Shown piece by piece: positions 43,811 to 54,510 of a stretch of 64,000 nt of DNA (the first letter of the stretch is position 1; each line of letters starts with the position of its first letter). The notes under the pieces were generated by a model. The model was given only the letters and a program-made list of their open reading frames with translations. It had not been told where the DNA came from and searched no databases. Source of the DNA: an uncultured Planctomycetota bacterium (lineage in GTDB: Bacteria; Planctomycetota; PLA2; JAEUHO01); the NCBI GenBank assembly GCA_963802335.1, contig CAWDIE010000008.1, forward strand, positions 436,601 through 500,600, given 5' to 3'. The position numbers and the translations under genes were made by a program.

Positions 43811-43895
43811 CTCACGATCCATCTACGAAGAGACGGGGCCGTCCTGATGGAACGACCCCGTCTGGAGTTGGTACGGGCGAAAGGACTTGAACCTC
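43811..43895 (-). repeat. Copy B of the 85-nt duplication (overlaps the genuine tRNA-Arg 3' end and its terminator hairpin)
   Basis: Direct comparison with 43582..43666. The offset is 229 nt. The two mismatches are c/t at 43593/43822 and g/t at 43638/43867. Confidence 0.9.
43831..43863 (-). terminator. Stem-loop immediately 3' of tRNA-Arg (putative terminator/processing hairpin); an identical hairpin lies at 43602..43634
   Basis: Minus strand AGACGGGG-tcgttccatcaggacgg-CCCCGTCT, followed by tcttcg. 8-bp GC stem plus inner pairs. There is no clear U-tract. Confidence 0.4.
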
Positions 43896-43945
43896 CAACC
43901 TCCTGATCCGTAGTCAGGTGCTCTATCCAATTGAGCTACGCCCGC
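43869..43945 (-). tRNA. tRNA-Arg (anticodon ACG)
   Basis: Minus strand gcgggcgtagctcaattggatagagcacctgactacggatcaggaggttggaggttcaagtcctttcgcccgtacca, 77 nt. 7-bp acceptor stem (G1-U72). D-arm GCTC/GAGC. Anticodon stem CCTGA/TCAGG with loop CUACGGA. T-loop TTCAAGT. Encoded CCA. Confidence 0.9.
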
Positions 43946-44059
43946 TCGTGGATGGCGGGGAAGGTACCCCTGGGGTGGGGGCGGCGCAAGAAGAGGCCCA
44001 GGCGCCGGACGCCGAACCCTCACGTGGTCCATCCGAACCGCTTCTGGTAGGGATGGGGC

Positions 44060-44722
44060 ATGGACACAGGCGCGTTCATGACCCCCTGGAGGCCGCTTGG
44101 CAATCCGCGTGTCGGCCGGGTGGTCACGGGGATCGCCGTGGCGCTGACCGTCGGCGTGTTCCTGCTCCAGGCCCTGCCTTCCTCGGCGGCGTGGCTCGCT
44201 CGGCTGGACGGCGCGTGGCATCGGCGCGTCGTCGAAGCCGAGACGCCATTCTGGATCGCCTTGGCGTCCTTCCTTCAGATCGCCGGCAGCGCATGGGTGA
44301 CCGTACCTCTGCGCTTGATCGTGGCCGGCGTCCTCTGGGCGAAGAAGCTCCGAGCGCGCTTTGGGCTGTGGATCGCCGCCGCGGTCTCGACCGAAGCGCT
44401 CGCCCTCCTGCTCAAGGCGAGTTACGGGAAGGCGCGACCGGCGGACGGACTCTCGCCGGTCATCAACACGGCCTTCCCGTCGGGGCACACCGCGGCGGCC
44501 GCCTCCCTCGCGTTCAGCGCGCTCCTGGTGCTCTTCCTGCCCGGTCCCGCCCGGCGTCGATTCCTCCCGCTGGCTCTGCTCTGGGCCGTGGGCATGGCGT
44601 GGAGTCGCACCTATCTTCGCGACCACTGGCTGAGCGACACGGTCGCCGGCTTCCTCCTCGGACTCAGCTGTGTCCTCGTGACCGCCGTCATCGTTCAGGC
44701 GCGAATGCCCCGGCGCGTCTGA
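44060..44722 (+). CDS. PAP2-family membrane phosphatase
   Basis: ORF 44060..44722. The three PAP2 motifs are present: KASYGKARP (KxxxxxxRP), PSGH, SRTYLRDHWLSD (SRxxxxxHxxxD). Confidence 0.85.
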   Translation: MDTGAFMTPWRPLGNPRVGRVVTGIAVALTVGVFLLQALPSSAAWLARLDGAWHRRVVEAETPFWIALASFLQIAGSAWVTVPLRLIVAGVLWAKKLRARFGLWIAAAVSTEALALLLKASYGKARPADGLSPVINTAFPSGHTAAAASLAFSALLVLFLPGPARRRFLPLALLWAVGMAWSRTYLRDHWLSDTVAGFLLGLSCVLVTAVIVQARMPRRV

Positions 44723-44740
44723 CGCCCGTGGCCCCTCCTT

Positions 44741-46254
44741 TCAGACGTGGCTCGGCGAGGCTGCGACGGAGGCGAGATCCTCGTCGGCGGGGCGCCCCCA
44801 ACCCGGCTCGTAGCAGAACAGTTCGCGGGGGCTCTCCGTGCCCAGCCGGCCGTCCAGAAGCTCGAAGTCGTCGCAGGTGACGAACGCCGGGTGGGGGAGA
44901 CCGAGCGCCCGACACAGGCGAAGAACCTCCCCCCGCAGGGCGATCACGTAGTTCCCCGTCCGTACGCCCTTCGTGTGTGGATCGAGGCCGTGTCCGAGCC
45001 ACCGGCTCTGCGTGGCGATGCCGGCTGGACAGTGCCCGGTGTGGCAGCGTTGCGCTTGAATGCAGCCGATGGCGAGCATGGCTTCGCGAGCCACGCTCAC
45101 CATGTCGCACCCCAGCGCGAAGGCGAAGAGCGCCGACTCGGGGAGCCCCAGCTTGCCCGCTCCGCCAAACACCACCTTCGCGTGCAGGTCCTCCGCGGCG
45201 AACAGCCGGTAGACGCGGGCAAAGCCGACCTTGAACGGCAGCGCGACGTGGTCACAGAAGGCCAAGGGCGCCGCGCCCGTGCCGCCCTCACCGCCGTCGA
45301 TGGAGACGTAGTCCACGCCCCGATCGCCGCGCGCCATCAGGTGGACCAGCTCCCGCCAGAATCCGAGATCCCCGACGGCCGCCTTGATCCCCACGGGCAG
45401 GCCGGTCGCGGTGGCGATCGACTCCACGAAGTCGAGCATCTCGTCGGTGGAGCGAAACGCCTGGTGCGCCGACGGACTGACACAGTCTTCGCCCACGGGA
45501 ACGTTTCGAATGCGAGCGATTTCAGGGGTCACCTTCGCGCCCGGGAGCACTCCGCCCAGGCCGGGCTTGGCACCCTGGCTGAGCTTGATCTCGATCGCCC
45601 GCACGGGATGCGCCGCCGTCAGGTCGACGAGGCGGGACAGGCAGAAGCGTCCGTCGAGCTCCCGACACCCGAAGTAGCCGGTGCCGATCTGGTAGACGAG
45701 GTCGCCGCCGTGCAGGTGATGGGGGGCGATGCCCCCTTCGCCCGTGTTCTGTAGGCACCCCGCGATCGCGCAGCCGCGATTGATCGCCTCCACCGCCCTC
45801 CCGCTCAGGGACCCGAAGCTCATGGCCGACACATTGACGATCGAGGCCGGGCGAAAGGCGTGCTTTCGCCCCCTCTCTCCCCCAGGATCTTCGCCACGCC
45901 GACGGCGCGCAGCGGATCGGTCGCTGCCTTCCGTGTCGGCTGCAACGGGAACGCACTGTGCTTCAGGATCAGGTAGTTCGAGGAGAGCTCCAGCTCGTTG
46001 TCGGTGCCGAACCCGAAGTACGCGTTCTGCTTCTTGGATGACGCGTACACCCAGCGACGTTCGTCGCGCGTGAACGGCCGCTCCTCGTCGTTTCCGGTGA
46101 CGATGTACTGCCTGAGCTCGGGCCCCACCATCTCCAGCAGGTACCGAAGATGGCCGATGATCGGGAAGTTGCGCAAGATCGTGTGCTTGCGCTGGAGGAG
46201 GTCGAACGCCACCAGGGCGATCAGCAGACCGACCACGATCAGGGCCATGCCCAT
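44741..46254 (-). pseudogene. FMN-binding glutamate-synthase-domain (GltB domain-2-like) protein, interrupted by a frameshift near 45866..45886
   Basis: Two ORFs (45820..46326 and 44741..45832) together make one homolog. The N-part is a TM helix plus RNFPIIGHLRYLLE...RPFTRDERRWVY...FGT. The C-part is SAMSFGSLS...IKLSQGAKPGLGG...DGGEGGTGAAP...GGAGKL. The span is 1514 nt, not a multiple of 3. The frame change falls in ccccc..ctctct..ccccc. This may be an assembly indel rather than a true pseudogene. Confidence 0.8.
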
Positions 46255-46471
46255 CGGGTCTCCCCTCGACGCGGTTCGCGGCCGACCCAGTCTACCGCGG
46301 GCCGCCCGCGACGGACATGCCGCCACCTCGCGGCCACGTGGCGCTTAGGGCCCGCCATGAAACAAGTGCGCGTTCTCGCATCCCAGCTTCAAGCCATCTT
46401 CGGCCGCTTCTCAATCGCGAATTCCTCAAGTTAGCTCGGGCTATCCCTCCGGATTCGCTCAATCGGCGCGA

Positions 46472-46490
46472 CCGAATCTGACCCGAATCT
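46472..46490. promoter_or_regulatory. Two CCGAATCT direct repeats with 11-bp phasing (plus an inverted GGATTCG at 46451..46457)
   Basis: aCCGAATCTgacCCGAATCTgg seen directly inside a lower-GC 215-nt intergenic region. The one-helical-turn spacing is typical of winged-helix response-regulator sites. Confidence 0.35.
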
Positions 46491-46542
46491 GGGCGCGAGC
46501 TTCACTCACCTGTTCCATGACGAGCCCTTAGCCGTCTAGCGT

Positions 46543-47589
46543 CTAGTCGAGGATCACTTCTCGCAGGATGGCGCCCGAGGCGAATCCCGAGCCGAAGGCG
46601 ACATCGATCTCGAGGGCGGAGCCCGACCCCCCGGCGTGCCGCGCGCGTGCATCCCCGTAGCCGAGCGGGATCGACGCGGCGGAGGTATTGCCGTACTTCT
46701 CGACCCCGCGCGTGTACACGCGCTCCGGCGGGACCCGCAGTCGTCGCGCCACCATCTCCAGGATGCGGAGATTCGCCTGGTGCGGGAACAAGTAGTCGAT
46801 CTCCCCGACCTCCAGCGCACGCCCCGTCGCCTGACCGTACTTCTCCAGCACGCGCCGGACGTCGCGAACCATGGTCTCGACGGCGGCGACGAACACCTTC
46901 GGGCCATCCATGCGCAGGAACTGGCGCCCCCCCGGGTCGATGATGGCGGGCGCACCGGGCGGCTGCGCATCGTCCGCCTCGTCCGGCATCTCGGAGAACA
47001 GGAGGTGGCCCTGCTCGCCGTTGGCGTCGGTGTGCGTCGCCAGGATCCCGCCGGCCTCCACCTCGCCCAGCACGACCGCGCCGGCGCCGTCGCCGAGCAA
47101 CACGCACGTGCTGCGGTCGTTCCAGTCGGTGATGTGGGAGAGCCCGTCGACCCCGAGGACGAGCGCCTTGGTCTCGCGCCCGTAGAGCAAGCGCTCCGTG
47201 ATCATGCGGGTCCACGCCTCTTCCACGGCATAGATGAAGCCGGCGCAGCCGGCCGAGACGTCGCTGGCCGACGCGGATCCGACGCCGAGCTCTTTCTGGA
47301 CCTGGGTGGCCAGGCTGGGGATGCGCATCCACGTGCTGACCGCCACGCGCACGTCGTCGATGTCCGACGGCTCGAGGCCCGCGTCGTCGAGGGCCGCCCT
47401 GGATGCCTTGACGGCCATGTCGAGGATGGAATCGTCGGTGTCCATCACACGCCGGGTCCGGATTCCCGTGCGCCGGCGAATCCACTCGTCGGTCGTATCG
47501 ACCAACTTCATGAGGTCGGCGTTCGACAGCTCCTTCTCGGGGACGTACGCGCCTTCGCCCACGTAGCCGAAGCGGAAGTCGAGGGTCAT
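46543..47589 (-). CDS. fabH: 3-oxoacyl-ACP synthase III (FabH-like KAS III)
   Basis: Inner part of ORF 46543..47700 from ATG 47589. Catalytic Cys context DVSAGCAGFIYA. FPHQANLRI (His) and GNTSAASIP (Asn). Contains an atypical acidic insertion (SEMPDEADDAQPPGAP), so the paralog and its exact substrate are uncertain. Confidence 0.8.
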   Translation of the reverse strand: MTLDFRFGYVGEGAYVPEKELSNADLMKLVDTTDEWIRRRTGIRTRRVMDTDDSILDMAVKASRAALDDAGLEPSDIDDVRVAVSTWMRIPSLATQVQKELGVGSASASDVSAGCAGFIYAVEEAWTRMITERLLYGRETKALVLGVDGLSHITDWNDRSTCVLLGDGAGAVVLGEVEAGGILATHTDANGEQGHLLFSEMPDEADDAQPPGAPAIIDPGGRQFLRMDGPKVFVAAVETMVRDVRRVLEKYGQATGRALEVGEIDYLFPHQANLRILEMVARRLRVPPERVYTRGVEKYGNTSAASIPLGYGDARARHAGGSGSALEIDVAFGSGFASGAILREVILD

Positions 47590-47731
47590 GGGGATCCGGG
47601 CCCTTTCACCGCGTCCCGTGGAAGGGGAGGCGGCGGCGAATTTCGGCAAGGGGCACGAGCGTGCGTGCCCGGCCTCCTTCCACGCGCGGCAGTATGGCAC
47701 GCGATGCGGGATTGGCGTACCGCTTGCGCGG

Positions 47732-48061
47732 TCAAGGCCACCAGGGGGCGCCCAGCCAGCGCCGGATCGGCGACTCCATGCCCAGTGCGAGGAGAGTCGA
47801 CCCGAGGAGCAGGGCGCCGAGGATCATCCGGACCCGGCCCGAGGCGGGCAGGGCCAGAACGGTGATCGCCGTGCCCACGACCAGGATCCCGAGCAGCGGC
47901 AGTGAGATCCACGGGCGAGGCCCCCGCTGCTCGGGGGGCTCCGACGGCACCGTGGGGACCCACAGGCTCACCATGACCAGGACGCCGATCGTGAAGAGCA
48001 TGTAGCGCCACGCCGTGGGGGATCGACGTACGTCCGGGCGAGGTAGGTCGGGGGACGGCAT
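47732..48061 (-). CDS. Small 3-TM membrane protein, unknown function
   Basis: ORF 47732..48061, 109 aa. Helices YMLFTIGVLVMVSLWV, ISLPLLGILVVGTAITVLAL, MILGALLLGSTLLALG. Lies 10 nt downstream of the preceding minus-strand gene. Confidence 0.55.
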   Translation of the reverse strand: MPSPDLPRPDVRRSPTAWRYMLFTIGVLVMVSLWVPTVPSEPPEQRGPRPWISLPLLGILVVGTAITVLALPASGRVRMILGALLLGSTLLALGMESPIRRWLGAPWWP

Positions 48062-48071
48062 GGGGACGACG

Positions 48072-49175
48072 TCAGCGCTTCTTCCGTGTGAGGGACGTGA
48101 CCGTACTGCTCGTTCGCCCGCCTCGATCCGAGGCGAGGTAGAGGCGGTGCTGGGCGTCGAACGCGATGGCCTCGTGACGGCCGTAGCCGCGGCGGTGGGG
48201 CAGGCCTGGCGGAGACGGCTCCAGGGGGCTGTGCTCGCCGTCGATGTCTTCGACGACGGCGTCGTAGTCCATCGAAGCGCGGTAGGCGAGCGGGCCGCCG
48301 GGCTCCGTCCGCTCCGCGATGTGAATCTGGCGCCGCCAGCGATCGAGGATCCAGATGCTGCCGTCGGGAGCCACGCACGCGTCGGACTGCGTGGAGATCC
48401 GCTCGTTGTCCTGCAGGACGAACTCGGGCATCAGTGGCGGATAGCCGCGATCCCCGTGCATGGCCAGCGTGAACGTGCCCTCCCGTCGCGTCAGCCGCCC
48501 CCGAACGTAGCCCGGGGCGCGCTGCGGGAACGCGGTGCGTTCCTTGAACGCGTACACGTCCCATGCGGTCCGGCTCGCGTCCGCGCCGTCGGGCGTGGCG
48601 ACGGGCAGCACCGCAACGCCCTCGAAGCGATCGTTCATCAGATCGTCAGGCAGGTCGTAGAGGCGGAAGTACGCTTCGACGCGCGCCGTTTGAGCATCCG
48701 GCGCGGGGTAGCGCACCACGTAGAGTCGGTTCGCGCCCTCATCCGTCTGGTCCTCGGGGTTGCGCTCTCCCGCGAGCAGATACAGGTCCTTCGTTCCCGG
48801 CAGGGCCGCCAGGGCTTCGAGGTCCATGGGGGAGACGTCGGCGGGCCAAGCCGGATCGAAGCGATCGAACGTCACGTGGAGCGTAATGGGGGTGATGCGG
48901 TCGGGGGTGTCCTCGCCCTCTCCCAGGTCGAGGCGAAACAGGGCCCCCTTGACCGTCTTCGTCGCGGGGTCGTACGGCCCTTCGTCCGAGACCACCAGGA
49001 AGGCACGCTCGTCCGGCAGAGCCTCCATGGCGCTGATCTCCTGAACGGCGACGGCGCGCGTCTCGACCGCCACGTAGTCATCGAGCAGGGGGGGCGGCGT
49101 CGTCGCGTCCTCCGCCCGAGCCATGATCGGCAGCAGGAGCAACAGCACGAGGAGCGGGAGTCGGCGCGTGTTCAT
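48072..49175 (-). CDS. Hypothetical secreted protein
   Basis: Inner part of ORF 48072..49232 from ATG 49175: MNTRRLPLLVLLLLLPIMARA (signal peptide). Beta-rich body. No family recognised by eye. Confidence 0.65.
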   Translation of the reverse strand: MNTRRLPLLVLLLLLPIMARAEDATTPPPLLDDYVAVETRAVAVQEISAMEALPDERAFLVVSDEGPYDPATKTVKGALFRLDLGEGEDTPDRITPITLHVTFDRFDPAWPADVSPMDLEALAALPGTKDLYLLAGERNPEDQTDEGANRLYVVRYPAPDAQTARVEAYFRLYDLPDDLMNDRFEGVAVLPVATPDGADASRTAWDVYAFKERTAFPQRAPGYVRGRLTRREGTFTLAMHGDRGYPPLMPEFVLQDNERISTQSDACVAPDGSIWILDRWRRQIHIAERTEPGGPLAYRASMDYDAVVEDIDGEHSPLEPSPPGLPHRRGYGRHEAIAFDAQHRLYLASDRGGRTSSTVTSLTRKKR

Positions 49176-49268
49176 GGGCGAAGTGTGGCAGATCCCGAGG
49201 CGAGATGCATCCCCCCCGCGAGCGCGTACCATGCGCGACGTTCCCCCATCGGGCGAGAGGCGGAGTCC

Positions 49269-49601
49269 ATGACGAAACTCGAAGAGCGAGTCTGCGAGCC
49301 TTGCCGCGGTGCCGTGGATGCGCTACCGGCAGACAAGATCCAGCTCTTTCTGCGGCAACTCGAGGGGTGGGAGGTCGTCGACGATCACCACCTGATCAAG
49401 CGGTACGAGACAGCGGATTTCGAGCAGGCCCTGGCGCTGGTCAACGGGTTCGGGGCCGTTGCCGAAGAGCAGAACCACCACCCCGTTCTCACCTTCACCT
49501 GGGGGTGGGTCGAGGTGTCGATCTGGACGCACAAGATCGACGGTCTGACCCTCAGCGACTTCGTGCTCGCGGCCAGGTGTGATCGGTCCTTGCCTGCCTA
49601 G
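49269..49601 (+). CDS. Pterin-4a-carbinolamine dehydratase (PCD/PhhB)
   Basis: C-terminal part of long shadow ORF 48015..49601. ATG 49269 gives MTKLEERVCEPCRGAVDALPADKIQLFLRQLEGWEVVDDHHLIKRYETADFEQALALVNGFGAVAEEQNHHPVLTFTWGWVEVSIWTH. The HHP...W block is the PCD signature. Confidence 0.88.
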   Translation: MTKLEERVCEPCRGAVDALPADKIQLFLRQLEGWEVVDDHHLIKRYETADFEQALALVNGFGAVAEEQNHHPVLTFTWGWVEVSIWTHKIDGLTLSDFVLAARCDRSLPA

Positions 49602-50038
49602 GCAGGCTCCTCGTCCAGCGGCAGCGGATCCGGCAGGTGACCGGCGCGATACGACACGAGCGGTCGACGGGGCGGTGCACCGTCGCCCAGAGGCGCGCCA
49701 CGTGCCACGCGGCGCGCGTGCTCGGCCCAGGGACGGATGGCTTCGTTCAACTGCTCGAGATCGACGTGCCACGACGGGCCGTCGTAGGGGGCGAGCTTTG
49801 CCAGCGCCTCGGCCATGAGGTTCGCGAATCCGCGCGCGAAGAAACCCCGCTCGAAGTGGACGAAGGCCGCCGCCAGCTGAATCAGGCCTTGGAGCCAGCG
49901 GCGCTCGGAACCGTCGGCTTCGTGCCACAACGCCTCCCAGTCTTCATGGGCCTCGAAGTACGCGCCCGCGTTGAAGAGCGCGACCGCTCGGTCGAAGCGC
50001 TGGGCGCGGTAGGGGCGGTCGGCGAGGGGCTGGCTCAC
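49598..50038 (-). CDS. DUF309-domain protein
   Basis: ORF 49598..50038: FDRAVALFNAGAYFEAHEDWEALW...WLQGLIQLAAAFVHFERG is the DUF309 helical-hairpin pattern. Confidence 0.75.
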   Translation of the reverse strand: MSQPLADRPYRAQRFDRAVALFNAGAYFEAHEDWEALWHEADGSERRWLQGLIQLAAAFVHFERGFFARGFANLMAEALAKLAPYDGPSWHVDLEQLNEAIRPWAEHARRVARGAPLGDGAPPRRPLVSYRAGHLPDPLPLDEEPA

Positions 50039-50139
50039 GCCGGGATTGTCAGGTCGCCGACACCCCCTCGTGCCCCGGATTATCGGGGGCTTCGGCCCCG
50101 AACATCCTTGGTGGGGAAGGGGCTCGCGCGTAGGCTATT

Positions 50140-50156
50140 TTGAGAACGGTTCTCAA
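50140..50156. promoter_or_regulatory. Perfect 8-1-8 palindrome TTGAGAAC-G-GTTCTCAA, candidate Fur-family (iron) operator of feoAB
   Basis: Seen directly. It ends 17 nt upstream of the feoA ATG (50173) in a local AT-richer patch. The 7-1-7 core TGAGAAC-n-GTTCTCA has the architecture of the Fur 7-1-7 box (TGATAAT-n-ATTATCA) and resembles the Irr ICE motif TTTAGAA-n3-TTCTAAA. Confidence 0.5.
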
Positions 50157-50172
50157 CATCTTCGAGGCCTCC

Positions 50173-50418
50173 ATGAACCCTCCGCCGCCGCCTGTTCCGC
50201 CCGTTCGTGCCGCCTCCCTGCATCGGGGAGATCGCGCGCGGGTGTCCGCCGTGGAGGGACGTAGCGCCGTGGTCGAGCGCCTCGCCGCGGTGGGCCTCGT
50301 GCCGGGCACGCGCTTCGTCGTGGTGCGAGGCGGGTCGCCCATGGCCGTGGCGGTCGGGGCCTCGCGTTTCGGCCTCGGCCGCGAATGGGCCGAGGCCCTT
50401 CTCGTCGAGCGGCGGTAG
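50173..50418 (+). CDS. feoA: Ferrous iron transport protein A
   Basis: ORF 50140..50418; ATG 50173 is preferred (GAGG 9 nt upstream). LHRGDRARVSAVEGRSAVVERLAAVGLVPGTRFVVVRGGSPMAVAVG is an SH3-like FeoA domain. Confidence 0.8.
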   Translation: MNPPPPPVPPVRAASLHRGDRARVSAVEGRSAVVERLAAVGLVPGTRFVVVRGGSPMAVAVGASRFGLGREWAEALLVERR

Positions 50419-50510
50419 CCGCCGCCTACCGTGCCGACCATCCTGCCGCCTGCCGTGCGGCCCACCATGCCACCACCGCGTTCGAGCGTCCCGAAAGCAG
50501 AGAGCCTGTC

Positions 50511-52903
<2,393 letters not shown>

Positions 52904-52904
<1 letters not shown>

Positions 52905-53089
52905 TGGATACCCTCGTCGCCCTCCTCCTGGTCGCCGCGGCCTGCGCCTATCTGGGTTGGCGCGCGTGGCGCGCGCTCTCCGGCCGCGCTTGCGGGTGCG
53001 GCGCAAGAGCGGCCAAGGGCGGCTGCCCGGCCGCGTCGAGCATGGCGCGGGACCTGGCCGCGATCGCGCGCGGCGCCACCGAGCGGTAG
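52904..53089 (+). CDS. FeoB-associated Cys-rich small membrane protein
   Basis: ATG 52904 overlaps the feoB stop (TGATG). MDTLVALLLVAAACAYLGWRAWRALSGRACGCGARAAKGGCP is one TM helix followed by a CGCG/C cluster, as in the small proteins commonly found after feoB. Confidence 0.7.
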
Positions 53090-53209
53090 GTGCCGCGTAG
53101 GGCCAGCGACGGCCCAGGTCGCACCAAGCCGTGGGGGCGATGGCCCATGCCCTACCGAACCCGCGCTGATATCCTTCGTTTCCCCCAAAAAGCCATCGGA
53201 GGTCGTTTC

Positions 53210-54499
53210 ATGCGTTCGTCGTCCCTCGTCCGGTTCTCGGCCCTCGTGCTCGTCTCCACGCTCGCCCTCGTCGGGTGCGGTGACGATGGCCAGGGCACGG
53301 CGACGCAGACCCCCTACGGTCAGTCCCCGTATGCCCAGACCCCCTATGGAACGTCCGGATCCACCGCGGGATGGCCTGCCGAGCTGGCCGCGGAGGTCGA
53401 GGCCGCCATGGCCAAGGCACGGGTCGCCTTCCTCGCGCAACAGGAGGAGAGCGGCGCATGGGGTGATCCGGAGCTCAAGATCCCCGCGAACGTCGGTCAC
53501 ACGGCGATGGCCACCTCCGCCGTGATCGCCGCCACGTCGGCGACGCAGGTGCGTGACGACCCGAACATCGGCAAGGCGCTCGCCTGGCTCGCCGCCCAGC
53601 AGAAGGACGACGGCTCCATCTGGGACAACCCGCAGTTCGTCAACTACATGACCAGCGCGGCCGCGGGTGCGCTCGCGATGGCCAAGGTCGGGAGCTATCG
53701 GAACACCCTCGTCGATGCCCGCGGGTTTCTCGCCGACAGTCAGATCGCCGGCGACGAGAACGACCTGTCGTACGGAGGCTTCCCCTACAAGCAAGACCAA
53801 GGGCAGGATGCCGACCTCTCCAACCTGCAGTTCGCCGCCCAGGCCTTGGCCGACGCCGGTCTCGAGAAGGACCACGTGGTCTGGCAGCGCATGCAGACGT
53901 ATCTGAACCGCGTGCAGAATCGCTCCGAGTCGAACGTGATCACCGTGCCGGTCGAGATCGACGGCAAGGAGCAGAAGGTCGTGTCCGGCGATGATGGCGG
54001 GGCGGGCTACGGACCGGGGCAGAGCAAGGCCGGCTACCTCAAGCGCAGCGACGGCACGTTCGAGGCCCGTTCCTACGGTTCCATGACGTATGCGCTCCTC
54101 AAGTGCATGCTGCTGGCCGGTGTGGACGTGGATGACGCGCGCGTCGTCGCGGCGCTCGAGTGGATCAGCCGCAACTTCGTGCTCGACCGCAATCCGGGAT
54201 TCGAGTCGTCGCCCAATGCCGAAGAGGCCGGACAACAAGGCTGGTACTACTACGTGTACACGCTCGCGCGCACGCTGGGCGAAGTCGAGCGGGCCATGGG
54301 CAAGCCGCTCGTCGTCAAGAGCCCCGACGGGACGAAGCACAACTGGCGGGCCGCGTTGGCCCGCGCGATCCTGGATCGGCGTCGTGACGACGGCCTGTGG
54401 GTCAACGAGGTCGAGCGGTGGGAGGAAGCGTCGCCGATCCTGGCGAGCAGCTACGCCATGGTCGCCCTGGCCGAGGCGAGCGGCCGCCTCGGGCGCTGA
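53210..54499 (+). CDS. Lipoprotein with prenyltransferase/squalene-cyclase-type alpha/alpha-toroid repeats
   Basis: Inner part of ORF 53090..54499 from ATG 53210. Lipobox LALVGC. Repeats of the form QQ..dGsW (FLAQQEESGAWG, LAAQQKDDGSIWD, RRRDDGLWVNE). Confidence 0.75.
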   Translation: MRSSSLVRFSALVLVSTLALVGCGDDGQGTATQTPYGQSPYAQTPYGTSGSTAGWPAELAAEVEAAMAKARVAFLAQQEESGAWGDPELKIPANVGHTAMATSAVIAATSATQVRDDPNIGKALAWLAAQQKDDGSIWDNPQFVNYMTSAAAGALAMAKVGSYRNTLVDARGFLADSQIAGDENDLSYGGFPYKQDQGQDADLSNLQFAAQALADAGLEKDHVVWQRMQTYLNRVQNRSESNVITVPVEIDGKEQKVVSGDDGGAGYGPGQSKAGYLKRSDGTFEARSYGSMTYALLKCMLLAGVDVDDARVVAALEWISRNFVLDRNPGFESSPNAEEAGQQGWYYYVYTLARTLGEVERAMGKPLVVKSPDGTKHNWRAALARAILDRRRDDGLWVNEVERWEEASPILASSYAMVALAEASGRLGR

Positions 54500-54510
54500 C
54501 GGCCGTCCCC

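Noticed and set aside
43537-44059. An integrated mobile element or genomic island at the tRNA-Arg gene.
   Set aside because: The duplicated tRNA 3' end resembles att sites, but only about 144 nt lie between the copies. No integrase, excisionase, transposase or compositional island is present on either side.
46357-46434. A 25-codon ORF MKQVRVLASQLQAIFGRFSIANSSS in the lower-GC intergenic region.
   Set aside because: About half of the third codon positions are A/T, unlike all confident genes here. There is no Shine-Dalgarno sequence and it lies on the opposite strand to both neighbours. It cannot be supported as a CDS from sequence alone.
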